The notes below the pieces were generated by a model. The model was not told where the DNA came from, did not search any database, and saw only the letters and a program-made list of their open reading frames with translations. A program made the position numbers and the translations under genes. Positions 9,934-19,707 of a stretch of 64,000 nucleotides of DNA are shown piece after piece. The stretch lies in contig JBKBWZ010000001.1 in assembly GCA_046314385.1 (NCBI GenBank), positions 863,991 through 927,990 on the forward strand. Direction: 5' to 3'. Position 1 is the stretch's first letter; each line of letters opens with the position of its first letter. Origin of the DNA: Alphaproteobacteria bacterium (GTDB lineage: Bacteria; Pseudomonadota; Alphaproteobacteria; Micavibrionales; UBA2020).

Positions 9934-11469
9934 TTATGCCGCATCGGCGTCTTTGATATCCAGCAGGCTGCGCCCGCCCATCGCCGGCGGCTGCTGGATA
10001 GCGAGAATGCCCAGCATGGTCGGCGCGACATCGGCCAGCGCCCCGCCGCTGCGCAGGGCCAGATTGCCGCGATAGCCGAATAAAATACAAGGCACGGGGT
10101 TGGTCGTATGTGCCGTGTGCGGCTGGCCGGTTTTTTCGTCAAACATCTGCTCTGCATTGCCGTGATCGGCGATAACAAGCAAAACACCGCCCAAATGTTC
10201 AACCGCCGCCACCACGCGCCCCAGACAGCTGTCAACAGCCTCGACCGCTTTGATAGCCGCCGCAAGGCTGCCGGTATGGCCGACCATATCGGGATTGGCA
10301 AAATTAAGGATGACCACATCCTGCTCCGGCAGTTTTTGCAAAAGCTTGTCGGTCAGTTCATAGGCAGACATTTCCGGCTGCAAATCATAGGTGGCCACTT
10401 TGGGCGATGCCACCAGCAGACGGTCTTCGCCGTCAAAAGCTTCTTCGCGCCCACCGTTGAAAAAGAAAGTAACATGCGGATATTTTTCCGTCTCTGCCGC
10501 GCGCAGCTGCTTGAGCCCCGCCCGCGCGACCACTTCGCCGAAAATATCATCCATCGACTGCGGCGCAAAAAGCACTTTGACGTAAGGCATAAAGTAATCG
10601 GCATAGGACGTCATCGTCGCGGTGTTTGTTACCGGCACATAGGCGCCGCGGTCGAACTTGTCGAAATCGGGCAATATAATCGCCTGCAGAATTTCGCGGA
10701 TACGGTCGGATCTGAAATTCGCGCTCAGCACGCCGTCTTCGGGGTTGATGCCCGTATAGCCGCCGATCACAGAGGGTTTGATAAATTCATCGGTTTCGCC
10801 TGCGGCATAGCCTGCTTGAATGGCGGCAGCCGCATTGTCGAATGCCGCGCCCTTGCCATACGCCAAGGCGTCAAAAGCCTGCGATACACGCTCCCACCTG
10901 TTGTCGCGGTCCATGGCGTAAAAACGGCCACAGACCGTGGCGATGATTGCTGCGGTGGGTAAATCGCGCGCAAAGGTATCGACATATGTCGCCGCGCTAT
11001 TGGGCGGGGTATCACGCCCGTCGGTAAAAATATGCACATAGGTTTTGATTTTTTCGGCATCGAGAATTTTTGCCAGCGCCACCATGTGATCCTGATGCGC
11101 GTGCACGCCGCCATCCGACACCAGCCCCATCAGATGGGCGGCGCCGCCGGATTGCTTCAATGCCGCGATAAATCCACGCAGCGCATCGTTCTGTGCCAGA
11201 GAACCATCCGCAGCGGCCAGCGTGATACGCGGTAAATCCTGCATAACCACACGCCCTGCGCCGATATTGGTATGACCGACTTCGGAATTGCCGAATTGCC
11301 CTTCCGGCAACCCCACAGCAAGGCCGTCGGTGCGCAGCGTCGTATGCGGGCAGCTTTGCCACAGGCGGTCAAAATGCGGCGTTTCAGCCTGCGCAATCGC
11401 ATTGTGCTCGGCTTTGTCGCTCAGGCCCCATCCGTCGAGAATACACAGCACCAGCGGTTTTTTCGGCAT
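9934..11469 (-). CDS. gpmI: 2,3-bisphosphoglycerate-independent phosphoglycerate mutase
   Basis: MPKKPLVLCILDGWG...NSEVGHTNIGAGR...ADHGN motifs, 511 aa. The rest of the 1322-aa ORF is antisense read-through. Confidence 0.93.
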   Translation of the reverse strand: MPKKPLVLCILDGWGLSDKAEHNAIAQAETPHFDRLWQSCPHTTLRTDGLAVGLPEGQFGNSEVGHTNIGAGRVVMQDLPRITLAAADGSLAQNDALRGFIAALKQSGGAAHLMGLVSDGGVHAHQDHMVALAKILDAEKIKTYVHIFTDGRDTPPNSAATYVDTFARDLPTAAIIATVCGRFYAMDRDNRWERVSQAFDALAYGKGAAFDNAAAAIQAGYAAGETDEFIKPSVIGGYTGINPEDGVLSANFRSDRIREILQAIILPDFDKFDRGAYVPVTNTATMTSYADYFMPYVKVLFAPQSMDDIFGEVVARAGLKQLRAAETEKYPHVTFFFNGGREEAFDGEDRLLVASPKVATYDLQPEMSAYELTDKLLQKLPEQDVVILNFANPDMVGHTGSLAAAIKAVEAVDSCLGRVVAAVEHLGGVLLVIADHGNAEQMFDEKTGQPHTAHTTNPVPCILFGYRGNLALRSGGALADVAPTMLGILAIQQPPAMGGRSLLDIKDADAA

Positions 11470-11742
11470 CACATTCCCCTGTTGTCGTCCCTGATATTGG
11501 CTTTGATTTTGCCACTGATTTTGATTGTTTTTACGGGACGTTTCAAGCCTAGGCGTTTGACATATCATTTTCAACCGGAAAAGCGCCGAGATTTGCCAGA
11601 ATATGGGATAAAATCTTGACTTTGCCGCGCCGTGATGGCATTGATTTGTGTGAAAAATAAGGTGAAAAAGAAGCGTTCCGCCGCCCCTTATTGTTTGTTT
11701 TGTTTGACCGAGGCGGAACTTTGTAAAAAGGAAAAGAGACTG

Positions 11743-13857
11743 ATGTTTAATATTACCCGTAAAGAAATCGAATGGGCTGGCAAAAAGCTGGTGCTGGAAA
11801 CCGGCAAGATCGCCCGTCAGGCTGACGGCGCCGTCATGGTGACCTATGGCGAGACAACCGTTCTCACCACCGCCGTTGCCGCCCGCGCTGCTAAACCCGG
11901 CCAGGATTTCTTCCCTCTCACCGTTCATTATCAGGAAAAAACCTTCGCTGCCGGCAAAATCCCCGGCGGCTTCTTCAAGCGCGAAGGCCGTCCGTCTGAA
12001 AAGGAAACGCTGGTTTCCCGCCTGATCGACCGCCCCATCCGCCCGCTGTTCCCCAAAGGCTTCCTGAACGAAACACAGGTTCTTGCAACCGTTCTGTCCG
12101 TTGACCTGCAAAACGATGCAGATATCGTCGCGCTGGTGGGCACTTCTGCCGCGCTCACGATTTCGGGCATTCCTTTCATGGGCCCGATTGGCGCCGCGCG
12201 CGTCGGTTACGTTGATGGCCAAATGATTTTGAACCCGACCACCGAAGAGCGCAGCCGCAGCAAGCTCGACCTCGTTGTCGCCGGTACGCAAGAAGGCGTG
12301 CTGATGGTTGAATCCGAAGCGCACGAACTCTCCGAAGAGCTGATGCTTGATGCCGTCATGTTCGGCTGGAAAGGCTTCCAGCCGCTGATCCATGCGATCA
12401 TCGAATTCGCCGAACAATGTGCAAAAGAACCTTGGGAACTGGCCAAGCCTGCTTATGATTTCGACGCCCTCAAAAAACAGGTCATCGATCTGGTCGGCAC
12501 GGATTTCAAAGCCGCCTATGCCACCCAGCTGAAGCAGGAACGCGTTACCAAGCTTGACGCCGCCCGCGACAAAGCCATCGCCGCCCTCGTCACCGAAGAC
12601 GGCCCTGTGACCGAGCAACTGGTGAACAGCCTGTGCAAAGAAGCCGAAGCCGATATCGTCCGTGGCGGTATCCTTGATACCGGCATGCGCATCGATGGCC
12701 GTGACACCAAGAAAATCCGCAACATCCTCGCCGAAGTCGGCGTTCTGCCCCGCGTGCATGGCTCTTCGCTGTTCACCCGCGGCGAAACGCAGGCGCTGGT
12801 TGTCACCACACTGGGCACCGGCGATGACGAGCAGATCATCGACAGCCTCGAAGGCGGCTACAAAGAAACCTTTATGCTGCACTATAACTTCCCCCCGTAT
12901 TCTGTCGGTGAAACCGGCCGTATGGGTGGCCCGGGCCGCCGCGAAATCGGCCACGGCAAACTGGCATGGCGTGCATTGCACCCGCTGCTGCCGCCGAAGG
13001 ACCAGTTCCCCTACACGATCCGTATCGTGTCGGAAATCACTGAATCCAACGGTTCGTCTTCCATGGCAACAGTCTGCGGTTCTTCCCTTGCGATGATGGA
13101 TGCGGGCGTACCGCTGGTGAAACCGGTTGCCGGTATCGCCATGGGCCTGATCAAGGAAGGCGAAAAATTTGCCGTCCTCTCCGACATTCTCGGCGACGAA
13201 GATCACCTCGGCGACATGGACTTCAAAGTCGCCGGTACGGCCGACGGCATCACCGCGCTTCAGATGGACATCAAGATTACGTCCATCACCGAGCAGATCA
13301 TGAAGATAGCACTGGGTCAGGCACAAGAAGGCCGTCTGCACATCCTTGGCGAAATGGCCAAGGCGCTGACGTCTTCGCGTGACAGCCTCAATGCCAACGC
13401 ACCACAGATCGTCACGATCAAAATCCCGAAAGACAAGATCCGCGAAGTTATCGGCTCTGGCGGCTCTGTCATCCGCGAAATCGTCGCCCAGACCGGCGCG
13501 AAGATTGATATCGAAGATGACGGTACCGTTCAGGTCGCCGCTGTCAGCGCTGAATCCATCCAGAAAGCACTGGACTGGATCAAGGGCATCACGGCCGAGC
13601 CGGAAATCGGCGCGGTCTATGACGGCACTGTCGTCAAGATCGTTGAATTCGGCGCCTTCGTAAACATCATGCCGAAGACCGATGGCCTTGTGCACATCTC
13701 TGAAATCGCCCCCCGCCGCATCAAGTCCGTGGACGAAGTGCTGAAAGAAGGCGACAAGGTAAAAGTCAAGTGCATCGGCCTTGATGAACGCGGCAAGATC
13801 AAGCTGTCGATCAAGGCACTGATGGCCCCTGAAGAAGGCCAAAAAGAAGCCGTTTAA
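11743..13857 (+). CDS. pnp: Polyribonucleotide nucleotidyltransferase (PNPase)
   Basis: 704 aa with two RNase PH domains, then KH and S1 ([16 protein letters not shown]). The start is at [11 protein letters not shown]. Confidence 0.95.
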   Translation: MFNITRKEIEWAGKKLVLETGKIARQADGAVMVTYGETTVLTTAVAARAAKPGQDFFPLTVHYQEKTFAAGKIPGGFFKREGRPSEKETLVSRLIDRPIRPLFPKGFLNETQVLATVLSVDLQNDADIVALVGTSAALTISGIPFMGPIGAARVGYVDGQMILNPTTEERSRSKLDLVVAGTQEGVLMVESEAHELSEELMLDAVMFGWKGFQPLIHAIIEFAEQCAKEPWELAKPAYDFDALKKQVIDLVGTDFKAAYATQLKQERVTKLDAARDKAIAALVTEDGPVTEQLVNSLCKEAEADIVRGGILDTGMRIDGRDTKKIRNILAEVGVLPRVHGSSLFTRGETQALVVTTLGTGDDEQIIDSLEGGYKETFMLHYNFPPYSVGETGRMGGPGRREIGHGKLAWRALHPLLPPKDQFPYTIRIVSEITESNGSSSMATVCGSSLAMMDAGVPLVKPVAGIAMGLIKEGEKFAVLSDILGDEDHLGDMDFKVAGTADGITALQMDIKITSITEQIMKIALGQAQEGRLHILGEMAKALTSSRDSLNANAPQIVTIKIPKDKIREVIGSGGSVIREIVAQTGAKIDIEDDGTVQVAAVSAESIQKALDWIKGITAEPEIGAVYDGTVVKIVEFGAFVNIMPKTDGLVHISEIAPRRIKSVDEVLKEGDKVKVKCIGLDERGKIKLSIKALMAPEEGQKEAV

Positions 13858-13880
13858 CAGACGGATTGATTGACAATCGC

Positions 13881-13918
13881 AAAAGCGCGGGTGAATATTC
13901 ACCCGCGCTTTTTGTTTT
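13881..13918 (+). terminator. Rho-independent terminator after pnp
   Basis: AAAAGCGCGGGTGAATATTCACCCGCGCTTTTTGTTTT. Confidence 0.8.
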
Positions 13919-13937
13919 CTGACAGGAGTTTTTATTC

Positions 13938-14687
13938 ATGTCTTCCCTCCTCATCCCCAAAGTCATCGGCCACCGCGGCGCGGCAGCCTATGCACCCGAA
14001 AACACGCTGTCATCGATACACGCCGCCGCCGATCTCGGTATCGAATGGGTAGAGCTGGACGTTAAACTGACGCGCGACGGCGTTGCCGTCATTTTTCACG
14101 ACGAAGAGCTTTTGCGCTGCACCGGCGCAGACGGGCTTATCAAAGACCTTGACTGGAAAGATGTTCAGGAACTGGATGCCGGTTCATGGTATGGCGACAG
14201 CTTTATCGGCGAAAAAATTCCGACGCTGGAAGACGCGCTGAATGTCATCCTTGACCGCGGACTTGGTCTCAACCTTGAAATCAAACCATGCCCCGGACGC
14301 GAAAAGGAAACAGCCGAGGTCGCGCTCGACGTTGCCTCGCGCATCTGGCCGGAAGACGGGCCGCCGCCGCTGATCTCCAGCTTTCAGCATGTCAGCCTTG
14401 AGGCGGCGATGGATATGATCCCCGAATGGCCGCGCGGTTTTTTGATGGACGAACATCTGCCTGACTGGCGGCAGATGGCAGAATATCTGGAAGCCGCCAC
14501 AATCAATTTCAACGGCAATACCGCCACGCGCGAAGAGGCGGAGGAGTATATGGAGCTGCAAAAGCCCCTGCTCGCCTATACGATCAATGATCCGGAGATG
14601 GCGCGCGAACTTATGCGCTGGGGGGTCGATGGCGTTTTTGCAGATAACCCTGATGTGATCCGCGAGGCGATTGAGACGCGCCATTAA
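13938..14687 (+). CDS. Glycerophosphodiester phosphodiesterase
   Basis: GDPD motifs IGHRGAAAYAPENT, VELDVKLTRDG and FHD. Confidence 0.88.
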   Translation: MSSLLIPKVIGHRGAAAYAPENTLSSIHAAADLGIEWVELDVKLTRDGVAVIFHDEELLRCTGADGLIKDLDWKDVQELDAGSWYGDSFIGEKIPTLEDALNVILDRGLGLNLEIKPCPGREKETAEVALDVASRIWPEDGPPPLISSFQHVSLEAAMDMIPEWPRGFLMDEHLPDWRQMAEYLEAATINFNGNTATREEAEEYMELQKPLLAYTINDPEMARELMRWGVDGVFADNPDVIREAIETRH

Positions 14688-15057
14688 GGACAGGCGCGGG
14701 ATCAAGCCCGTCATTCAAAAGACGATGCATATCCGGCGGACGGCGAAGACCGGCAGGCCAGATGCTTTCTTCGATCCGCTTGAAAGACACGCGTGCATCC
14801 TGCATAAATTTTTCCTGCGGACTGACACCAAAAACATGGATCAGGCGGTTATAGGCAAAAGACAGCGCGCCCGCATCTTCGTCTTTCAGCGGCCACTGTT
14901 TTTTTGAAGAGACCGCTTCGGCCACGCGCGCAAGGCTTTGTGTCTGCGCCGAAAAATCTAGCGCTTCACGGCGCATCGCGGCGGCACTCTCCTGTTCGCG
15001 GCGGTGCAGCTGCTGCATCATTTCGTGCAGATGATCATGATCCTGCTGGCGTATCAT
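14611..15057 (-). CDS. Hypothetical protein (148 aa)
   Basis: Strong RBS (GGGAGGG 7 nt upstream of the ATG). The 3' end overlaps the convergent GDPD gene by 77 nt. No recognisable domain. Confidence 0.5.
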   Translation of the reverse strand: MIRQQDHDHLHEMMQQLHRREQESAAAMRREALDFSAQTQSLARVAEAVSSKKQWPLKDEDAGALSFAYNRLIHVFGVSPQEKFMQDARVSFKRIEESIWPAGLRRPPDMHRLLNDGLDPAPVLNGASQSPRGSHQGYLQKRHRPPSA

Positions 15058-15170
15058 CGCGGGCCCTCCCGTCGTTATTTCAAGACCAGCTATATTGCCA
15101 TAAGAAAAAGAAGGCCGTCAAGAAGACGCGCCCGCGCTTGCGGTGCTTAAGTACCAAAAGCGCCTTATTT

Positions 15171-15902
15171 TCAAGGATAATCGCAGCTATCCGATGTCAC
15201 GCTGATAAAGGAGCGCTCCCCCGCCGCCACGGTAAAGCGATATTCTTTGCTGCCGACAACCAGTGAATGCTGGATAGGCAGCAGACCTTCTTTCACCGTC
15301 TGCTTGCCGCCGATTTCGATGAAGACGATTTTTACCGGCTTGCCGGGGTCATACCATGCTTCGGGCATACCATTCGCCGTGGTCGCCGATGCACCTTCGC
15401 CGGTTACCGTGACCACGCCGTTGCCAAAGCTGACCGTGCCGTGCGGCCCGTTGTAGACAGGCGTTTTCACAACGAAGCGTTTGACCGACGGATCGGTACA
15501 ATTTTTAGGCGGACGCGCCGCTTCGATGACAAAGGCCAGGCGCGCAGGTTTGATACCCGCATTCAATTGCTTGCGCACCAGATCGGTCAGGTTTTTGAAT
15601 TCGCCTTGTGGCACTTCTTGCTGATATTTCGCTTCCAGCTGCTGGTAACGCACCTGCGTCGACTGCACTTCCGAGCGCAGCGTGGTGATCATATTTTCAA
15701 GCCCTGCGCGTTCTTTTTCCAGCGACGAGGCCTTTTCCTTGAAGGCCATCTGGCTGGTGCGTTCGGTTTCCGCCCCCCACCAGAAAGAAGCCCCGGCAAG
15801 CGCGAGCAGGAACAAGAAAATCCACAGCCCCTTGCGGCGCTGTTGTTGCTGTCTGCGGCGGTGGCGACCGACGCCGCCCGTTCCGTACATATTAAACGTC
15901 AT
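15171..15902 (-). CDS. Hypothetical membrane-anchored coiled-coil protein (243 aa)
   Basis: Arg/Gln-rich N-terminus, one TM (LWIFLFLLALAGASFWW), a coiled-coil stretch and a beta-rich C-terminal half. The RBS is ACGGAG. It lies immediately downstream of lptD. Confidence 0.6.
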   Translation of the reverse strand: MTFNMYGTGGVGRHRRRQQQQRRKGLWIFLFLLALAGASFWWGAETERTSQMAFKEKASSLEKERAGLENMITTLRSEVQSTQVRYQQLEAKYQQEVPQGEFKNLTDLVRKQLNAGIKPARLAFVIEAARPPKNCTDPSVKRFVVKTPVYNGPHGTVSFGNGVVTVTGEGASATTANGMPEAWYDPGKPVKIVFIEIGGKQTVKEGLLPIQHSLVVGSKEYRFTVAAGERSFISVTSDSCDYP

Positions 15903-15932
15903 AGCTGACTCCGTTCTTGTTCACGCCGGTGA

Positions 15933-18161
15933 TCATGGCTCGTCCACATCCCGCTGAAGCTGTATTTTGGGGCTGGCAATTTCCCCGATATTTTTAAATC
16001 CGATACGTGCCATCAAAGCCGTGCCGCTCTCGCCGGAGGCCTCGTTAATCAGGTTACGTGTGCCCTGCAGCGAGAAAGTAAAACATTCATCGGCATAGGT
16101 GATACCGAGCGAGGCCTTGCGCAATCCGGGCTCCTGTCCCAGATCCGTCAGGCTAGAGGCGTTCAGCGACCAAAAGGGTGTCAGGCGATAAACGCCATCC
16201 ACAAGCATTTGTTCCCGCGATTCAGTGAAACCGGTACCAGCTATCCCGCCAAAATAGATGTAACCCAGATTAAGCGTAAAGCGGTCATTGCCGCCCTGCG
16301 CCAATAATTCGTGGCGGCGCATCGTCAGGTGACGGTTGTCTATCTGAAAACGGTAATCGCCGCGCAGATAGCGCGACAGACCCAGATTGACCTGCCCGAC
16401 GATATCGGATGAATTTTGTTCCAGACCAGATCCGCTGGGGAAAATATTATCATCGTCAAAACGGTAACTCTGGCCGACAAAAATTTTGCCAAACCGGCCA
16501 TTGTCGCCATAAAGCCCCGTGCGCAGGCCGTAATTAACGCGCGCCCCATCTTCCTGCCCGTCGATACCGGGGAAGCGGTTATGTGCAAAAAGATTGCTGG
16601 TATCGAGCTGAATATCGATACTGTCTTCGTTTGGAATGCCGCGGTCATTGTCATCCACCTGCGGGCTTAGACTCGCGCCAACCAGCGGTTCAATGACCAC
16701 CTGCGATTTGTCAAACCGTTTGACGAGCGGATAGCTGGCCATCACGCCCGCGACAGCCATGGCGCGGCCGCGGTTGGAATCGCTATCAATACCGGGGTTC
16801 AGTATCGCCGCATCGCGGTCTTGCAGCGCGTAAAAATCGCCCCGCACAGAAAGATCCATCTGCGTCACAAGCCCCATTGGCAGCACATCGCGGCGTTGCC
16901 AGCCCATATCGGCAGAGGCACGCTGCATATCCTGCGCGCCCCTGTCACGGTGCAGCGCCAAGGCCGAAACCCCCGCCGACCAGCGGCCACCCAGCATCGA
17001 AACCGGTTCACCGTACATGCGGTGTTCGGCCTGCGGCAAGACATCCGGCTGTTCGGGACGCGGACCGAGACGGACGTCCTGAAAATTCAGCGCGCTGATC
17101 CGCGAATAATTGCGCCCTGCAAAACGTTCGGCGTAAATTTCATTTTCCAGCACGTTCTCTTTCGAAATATCGTAAAGGCGGAGATATCCTTTGTCCGATG
17201 CCCTTTCGATATTCAAACCGGCGCGCCATTTATCATCGATGTTGTAAAGACCGGTTGCAAAAATATGGCCGCGCTTGCGGTCTTCCTTGATTGTGCCGTT
17301 TTCTTCGCGCCTGTCCGAAACAACGCCGCTGCCGTCCAGCTGCAGCTTGCCGTCTTCAAATCGCTGGCGCCACTGCCCCATCATCAAAACGCCTGCGCGC
17401 GTGCTGGGACGAATACGTACCGTAGCGTCTTTATCGGGCGCGATATCACCGAAGTAATATCCCGCCTCGACAAAGGTACCGACATCGTCGCTCCAGCCGT
17501 AATCGGGCCGTAAAAACCCGCTTTTGCGCTCAACCGAAGGGTCCGCATGCGAAAAGATCGGCGCAAAAGCCAATGGCACGCCAAGCACTTCCAGCCGCGC
17601 GTTTTTGTATTTGATGCTTTTTGTTTCCAAATCATGCTCGACTTTATCGGCCTTGATTTGCCAGACGGGGTTCGGCTTTCCTTCGCAGACTTTGCACGGC
17701 GTATAGCTGCCTGCGGTCATGGTGGTGCGGCGGCCGTCTTCACGGCGCGCTTCTGCGGCGGTAAAACGCGAACCGTCCGCCAATATCGACAGCAATCCCT
17801 GCACGTAACCGTTTTTAAGATCGCCCGAAAGCTCGACGTATTCTGCGGTATGCACATCGCCGTTTTCATCCAGCAGCGCGACATTGCCGATAGCCGATAC
17901 GACATCTGTGCCGAGGTTATAGACGATTTTATCGGCACGTAAAATTTTGCCGCCCTGCTGCAGCTCGACATCGCCGGTGGCCGTGACGCTCTGGCCGGCT
18001 TCGTCGTGTGTCAGTTCCTTGGCCGCGATATTGACCGGCTCGTCATCATTGAAATCAAGCGGCGCGGCGAAGGCTGTGCCCGCCAACAGGCATAGCAGTA
18101 AAACCAGCGCCACCGCGCCGCGTTTTCCGTGCCTGTTGTTGTCCGGTTTGAAGCCTGTCAC
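15933..18161 (-). CDS. lptD: LPS-assembly outer-membrane protein LptD
   Basis: 742 aa with a signal peptide, an OstA-like N-terminal domain (GDVELQQGGKILRADKIVYN) and a large beta-barrel-like C-terminus. Confidence 0.88.
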   Translation of the reverse strand: MTGFKPDNNRHGKRGAVALVLLLCLLAGTAFAAPLDFNDDEPVNIAAKELTHDEAGQSVTATGDVELQQGGKILRADKIVYNLGTDVVSAIGNVALLDENGDVHTAEYVELSGDLKNGYVQGLLSILADGSRFTAAEARREDGRRTTMTAGSYTPCKVCEGKPNPVWQIKADKVEHDLETKSIKYKNARLEVLGVPLAFAPIFSHADPSVERKSGFLRPDYGWSDDVGTFVEAGYYFGDIAPDKDATVRIRPSTRAGVLMMGQWRQRFEDGKLQLDGSGVVSDRREENGTIKEDRKRGHIFATGLYNIDDKWRAGLNIERASDKGYLRLYDISKENVLENEIYAERFAGRNYSRISALNFQDVRLGPRPEQPDVLPQAEHRMYGEPVSMLGGRWSAGVSALALHRDRGAQDMQRASADMGWQRRDVLPMGLVTQMDLSVRGDFYALQDRDAAILNPGIDSDSNRGRAMAVAGVMASYPLVKRFDKSQVVIEPLVGASLSPQVDDNDRGIPNEDSIDIQLDTSNLFAHNRFPGIDGQEDGARVNYGLRTGLYGDNGRFGKIFVGQSYRFDDDNIFPSGSGLEQNSSDIVGQVNLGLSRYLRGDYRFQIDNRHLTMRRHELLAQGGNDRFTLNLGYIYFGGIAGTGFTESREQMLVDGVYRLTPFWSLNASSLTDLGQEPGLRKASLGITYADECFTFSLQGTRNLINEASGESGTALMARIGFKNIGEIASPKIQLQRDVDEP

Positions 18162-18292
18162 TGATACCCATATCCCGCAGCAGAAAGCCGCATCTGTATA
18201 GATTATGATTATTGAGAAAAATCAGATACATGTCAACGCTTCGCCCGCGCGTTTCTGACAAACGCGGGGTAAAAAAGACGATGCCGGGCGGT

Positions 18293-19591
18293 TTATTTTT
18301 TCTGCAAAAACGACGGAATATCGTCACCAAAGCTGCCATTGTTGACATCGGATTCTTCGATGTCCTGCGGCGGCAGGCGATGACGGTGGTTTTGCTTCTG
18401 GTCGCGGTTGTGGTGGCGCGCTTTTTGTTGCACCGATGGCTGCGGCGGCGGTGCTTCGGTCGGGGTTGCGCCCGCCATTTCGAGGAGATCGATTTTCTTG
18501 CCGATCAGCTTGTGAATATTCGCAAGCGCCTTTTCGTCACTGGGTACAACCAGCGTGAAGGCACGGCCTTTCGCCCCCGCACGGCCGGTACGGCCAATGC
18601 GGTGCACGTAATCTTCGGCATTGAAAGGAACATCCCAGTTGAAGACATGCGACATGCCCTGCACATCAAGACCGCGCGCGGCAACATCGCTGCATACCAA
18701 TATCTGGATCTCTGCCGCCTTGAATTTGTTCAGCGCGGCGGTGCGTTCGTCCTGCTCCATATCACCGTGCAGCGCAGCGCAGGACAGGCGTTTGGATTTC
18801 ATGAAACGGCAAACTTCGTCAATGTCGCGTTTGCGGTTGCAGAAAACGAAAGCGTTTTTGACGTCTTCCTGTTCGTAAATCTTCATGAACATCGCCGATT
18901 TGCCGCGGGAATGATGCACGTTGACCAGATACTGTTCAACATTCACCGACGTCGAAGAGGGCGGCGAAACCGTGATAGTTTTAGGATTGCTGAGATATTT
19001 ATCAGCAAGTTTTTTAATCGGCCCCGGCATGGTGGCCGAGAAGAAAAGCGTCTGGCGCATCGGTGGCAGCAGCGACACAATTTTTTCAAGATCGGGAATA
19101 AACCCCATATCCATCATGCGGTCGGCTTCGTCAATCACAAGGATCTTGATATCGGCGAGCAAAATCTTGCCGCGTTCGAACAAGTCCAGCAAACGGCCGG
19201 GCGTTGCGATAAGAACATCGACACCGCGCTCCAGATTGCGGATTTGATCGTCCATCGACGTACCGCCCACAATCAGCGCCATGCTGAGCTGCGAGTGGTA
19301 TTTGCCGTACTTGACGAAGTTCTCGGAAATCTGCGCCGCCAGTTCGCGCGTGGGGCTGAGGATCAGCGAGCGCGGCATGCGCGCTTTGGCGCGGCCACCG
19401 GCCAGCGCATCAATCATCGGAATGGTAAAGGCTGCTGTCTTGCCTGTCCCTGTTTGCGCAAGGCCGAGGACATCGCGGCACATCTGGATCGCGGGAATGG
19501 CCTGCGCCTGAATGGGGGTCGGCTCCTTGTAGCCCGCTTCTTCAACGGCTCTGAGGATACCTTCGCTGAGACCTAAATCTTTAAATTCCAT
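18293..19591 (-). CDS. DEAD-box ATP-dependent RNA helicase (RhlE-like)
   Basis: Q motif PTPIQ, motif I AQTGTGKT, DEAD in VIDEADRM, plus SAT and HRIGRTGRAG. Confidence 0.92.
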   Translation of the reverse strand: MEFKDLGLSEGILRAVEEAGYKEPTPIQAQAIPAIQMCRDVLGLAQTGTGKTAAFTIPMIDALAGGRAKARMPRSLILSPTRELAAQISENFVKYGKYHSQLSMALIVGGTSMDDQIRNLERGVDVLIATPGRLLDLFERGKILLADIKILVIDEADRMMDMGFIPDLEKIVSLLPPMRQTLFFSATMPGPIKKLADKYLSNPKTITVSPPSSTSVNVEQYLVNVHHSRGKSAMFMKIYEQEDVKNAFVFCNRKRDIDEVCRFMKSKRLSCAALHGDMEQDERTAALNKFKAAEIQILVCSDVAARGLDVQGMSHVFNWDVPFNAEDYVHRIGRTGRAGAKGRAFTLVVPSDEKALANIHKLIGKKIDLLEMAGATPTEAPPPQPSVQQKARHHNRDQKQNHRHRLPPQDIEESDVNNGSFGDDIPSFLQKK

Positions 19592-19707
19592 AATGTTATT
19601 TTTTGCCGTTAATTTGTTCGGATTCTTTTACTTATCACACATTGCTCATACGCTGTTTTCGATGTAATTTAAAGCATAATTTCATATTTCTTAGGACGAG
19701 GTACCCC

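Noticed and set aside
11470-13902. Upstream 800+ aa of the 1322-aa minus-strand ORF (apparent N-terminal extension of gpmI)
   Set aside because: This part is antisense to pnp in the same codon register. The gpmI homology begins only at MPKKPLVLCILDGWG (11469). The upstream part has no protein-like features.
18212-19576. 454-aa plus-strand ORF opposite the DEAD-box helicase, and similar long antisense ORFs (21854-23236, 26406-27707, 35371-36399, 53579-54823, 48566-49606, 58930-59781)
   Set aside because: In each case the opposite strand carries a gene with unmistakable family motifs, and the antisense translations are Arg/Ala/Gly-rich with no motifs.
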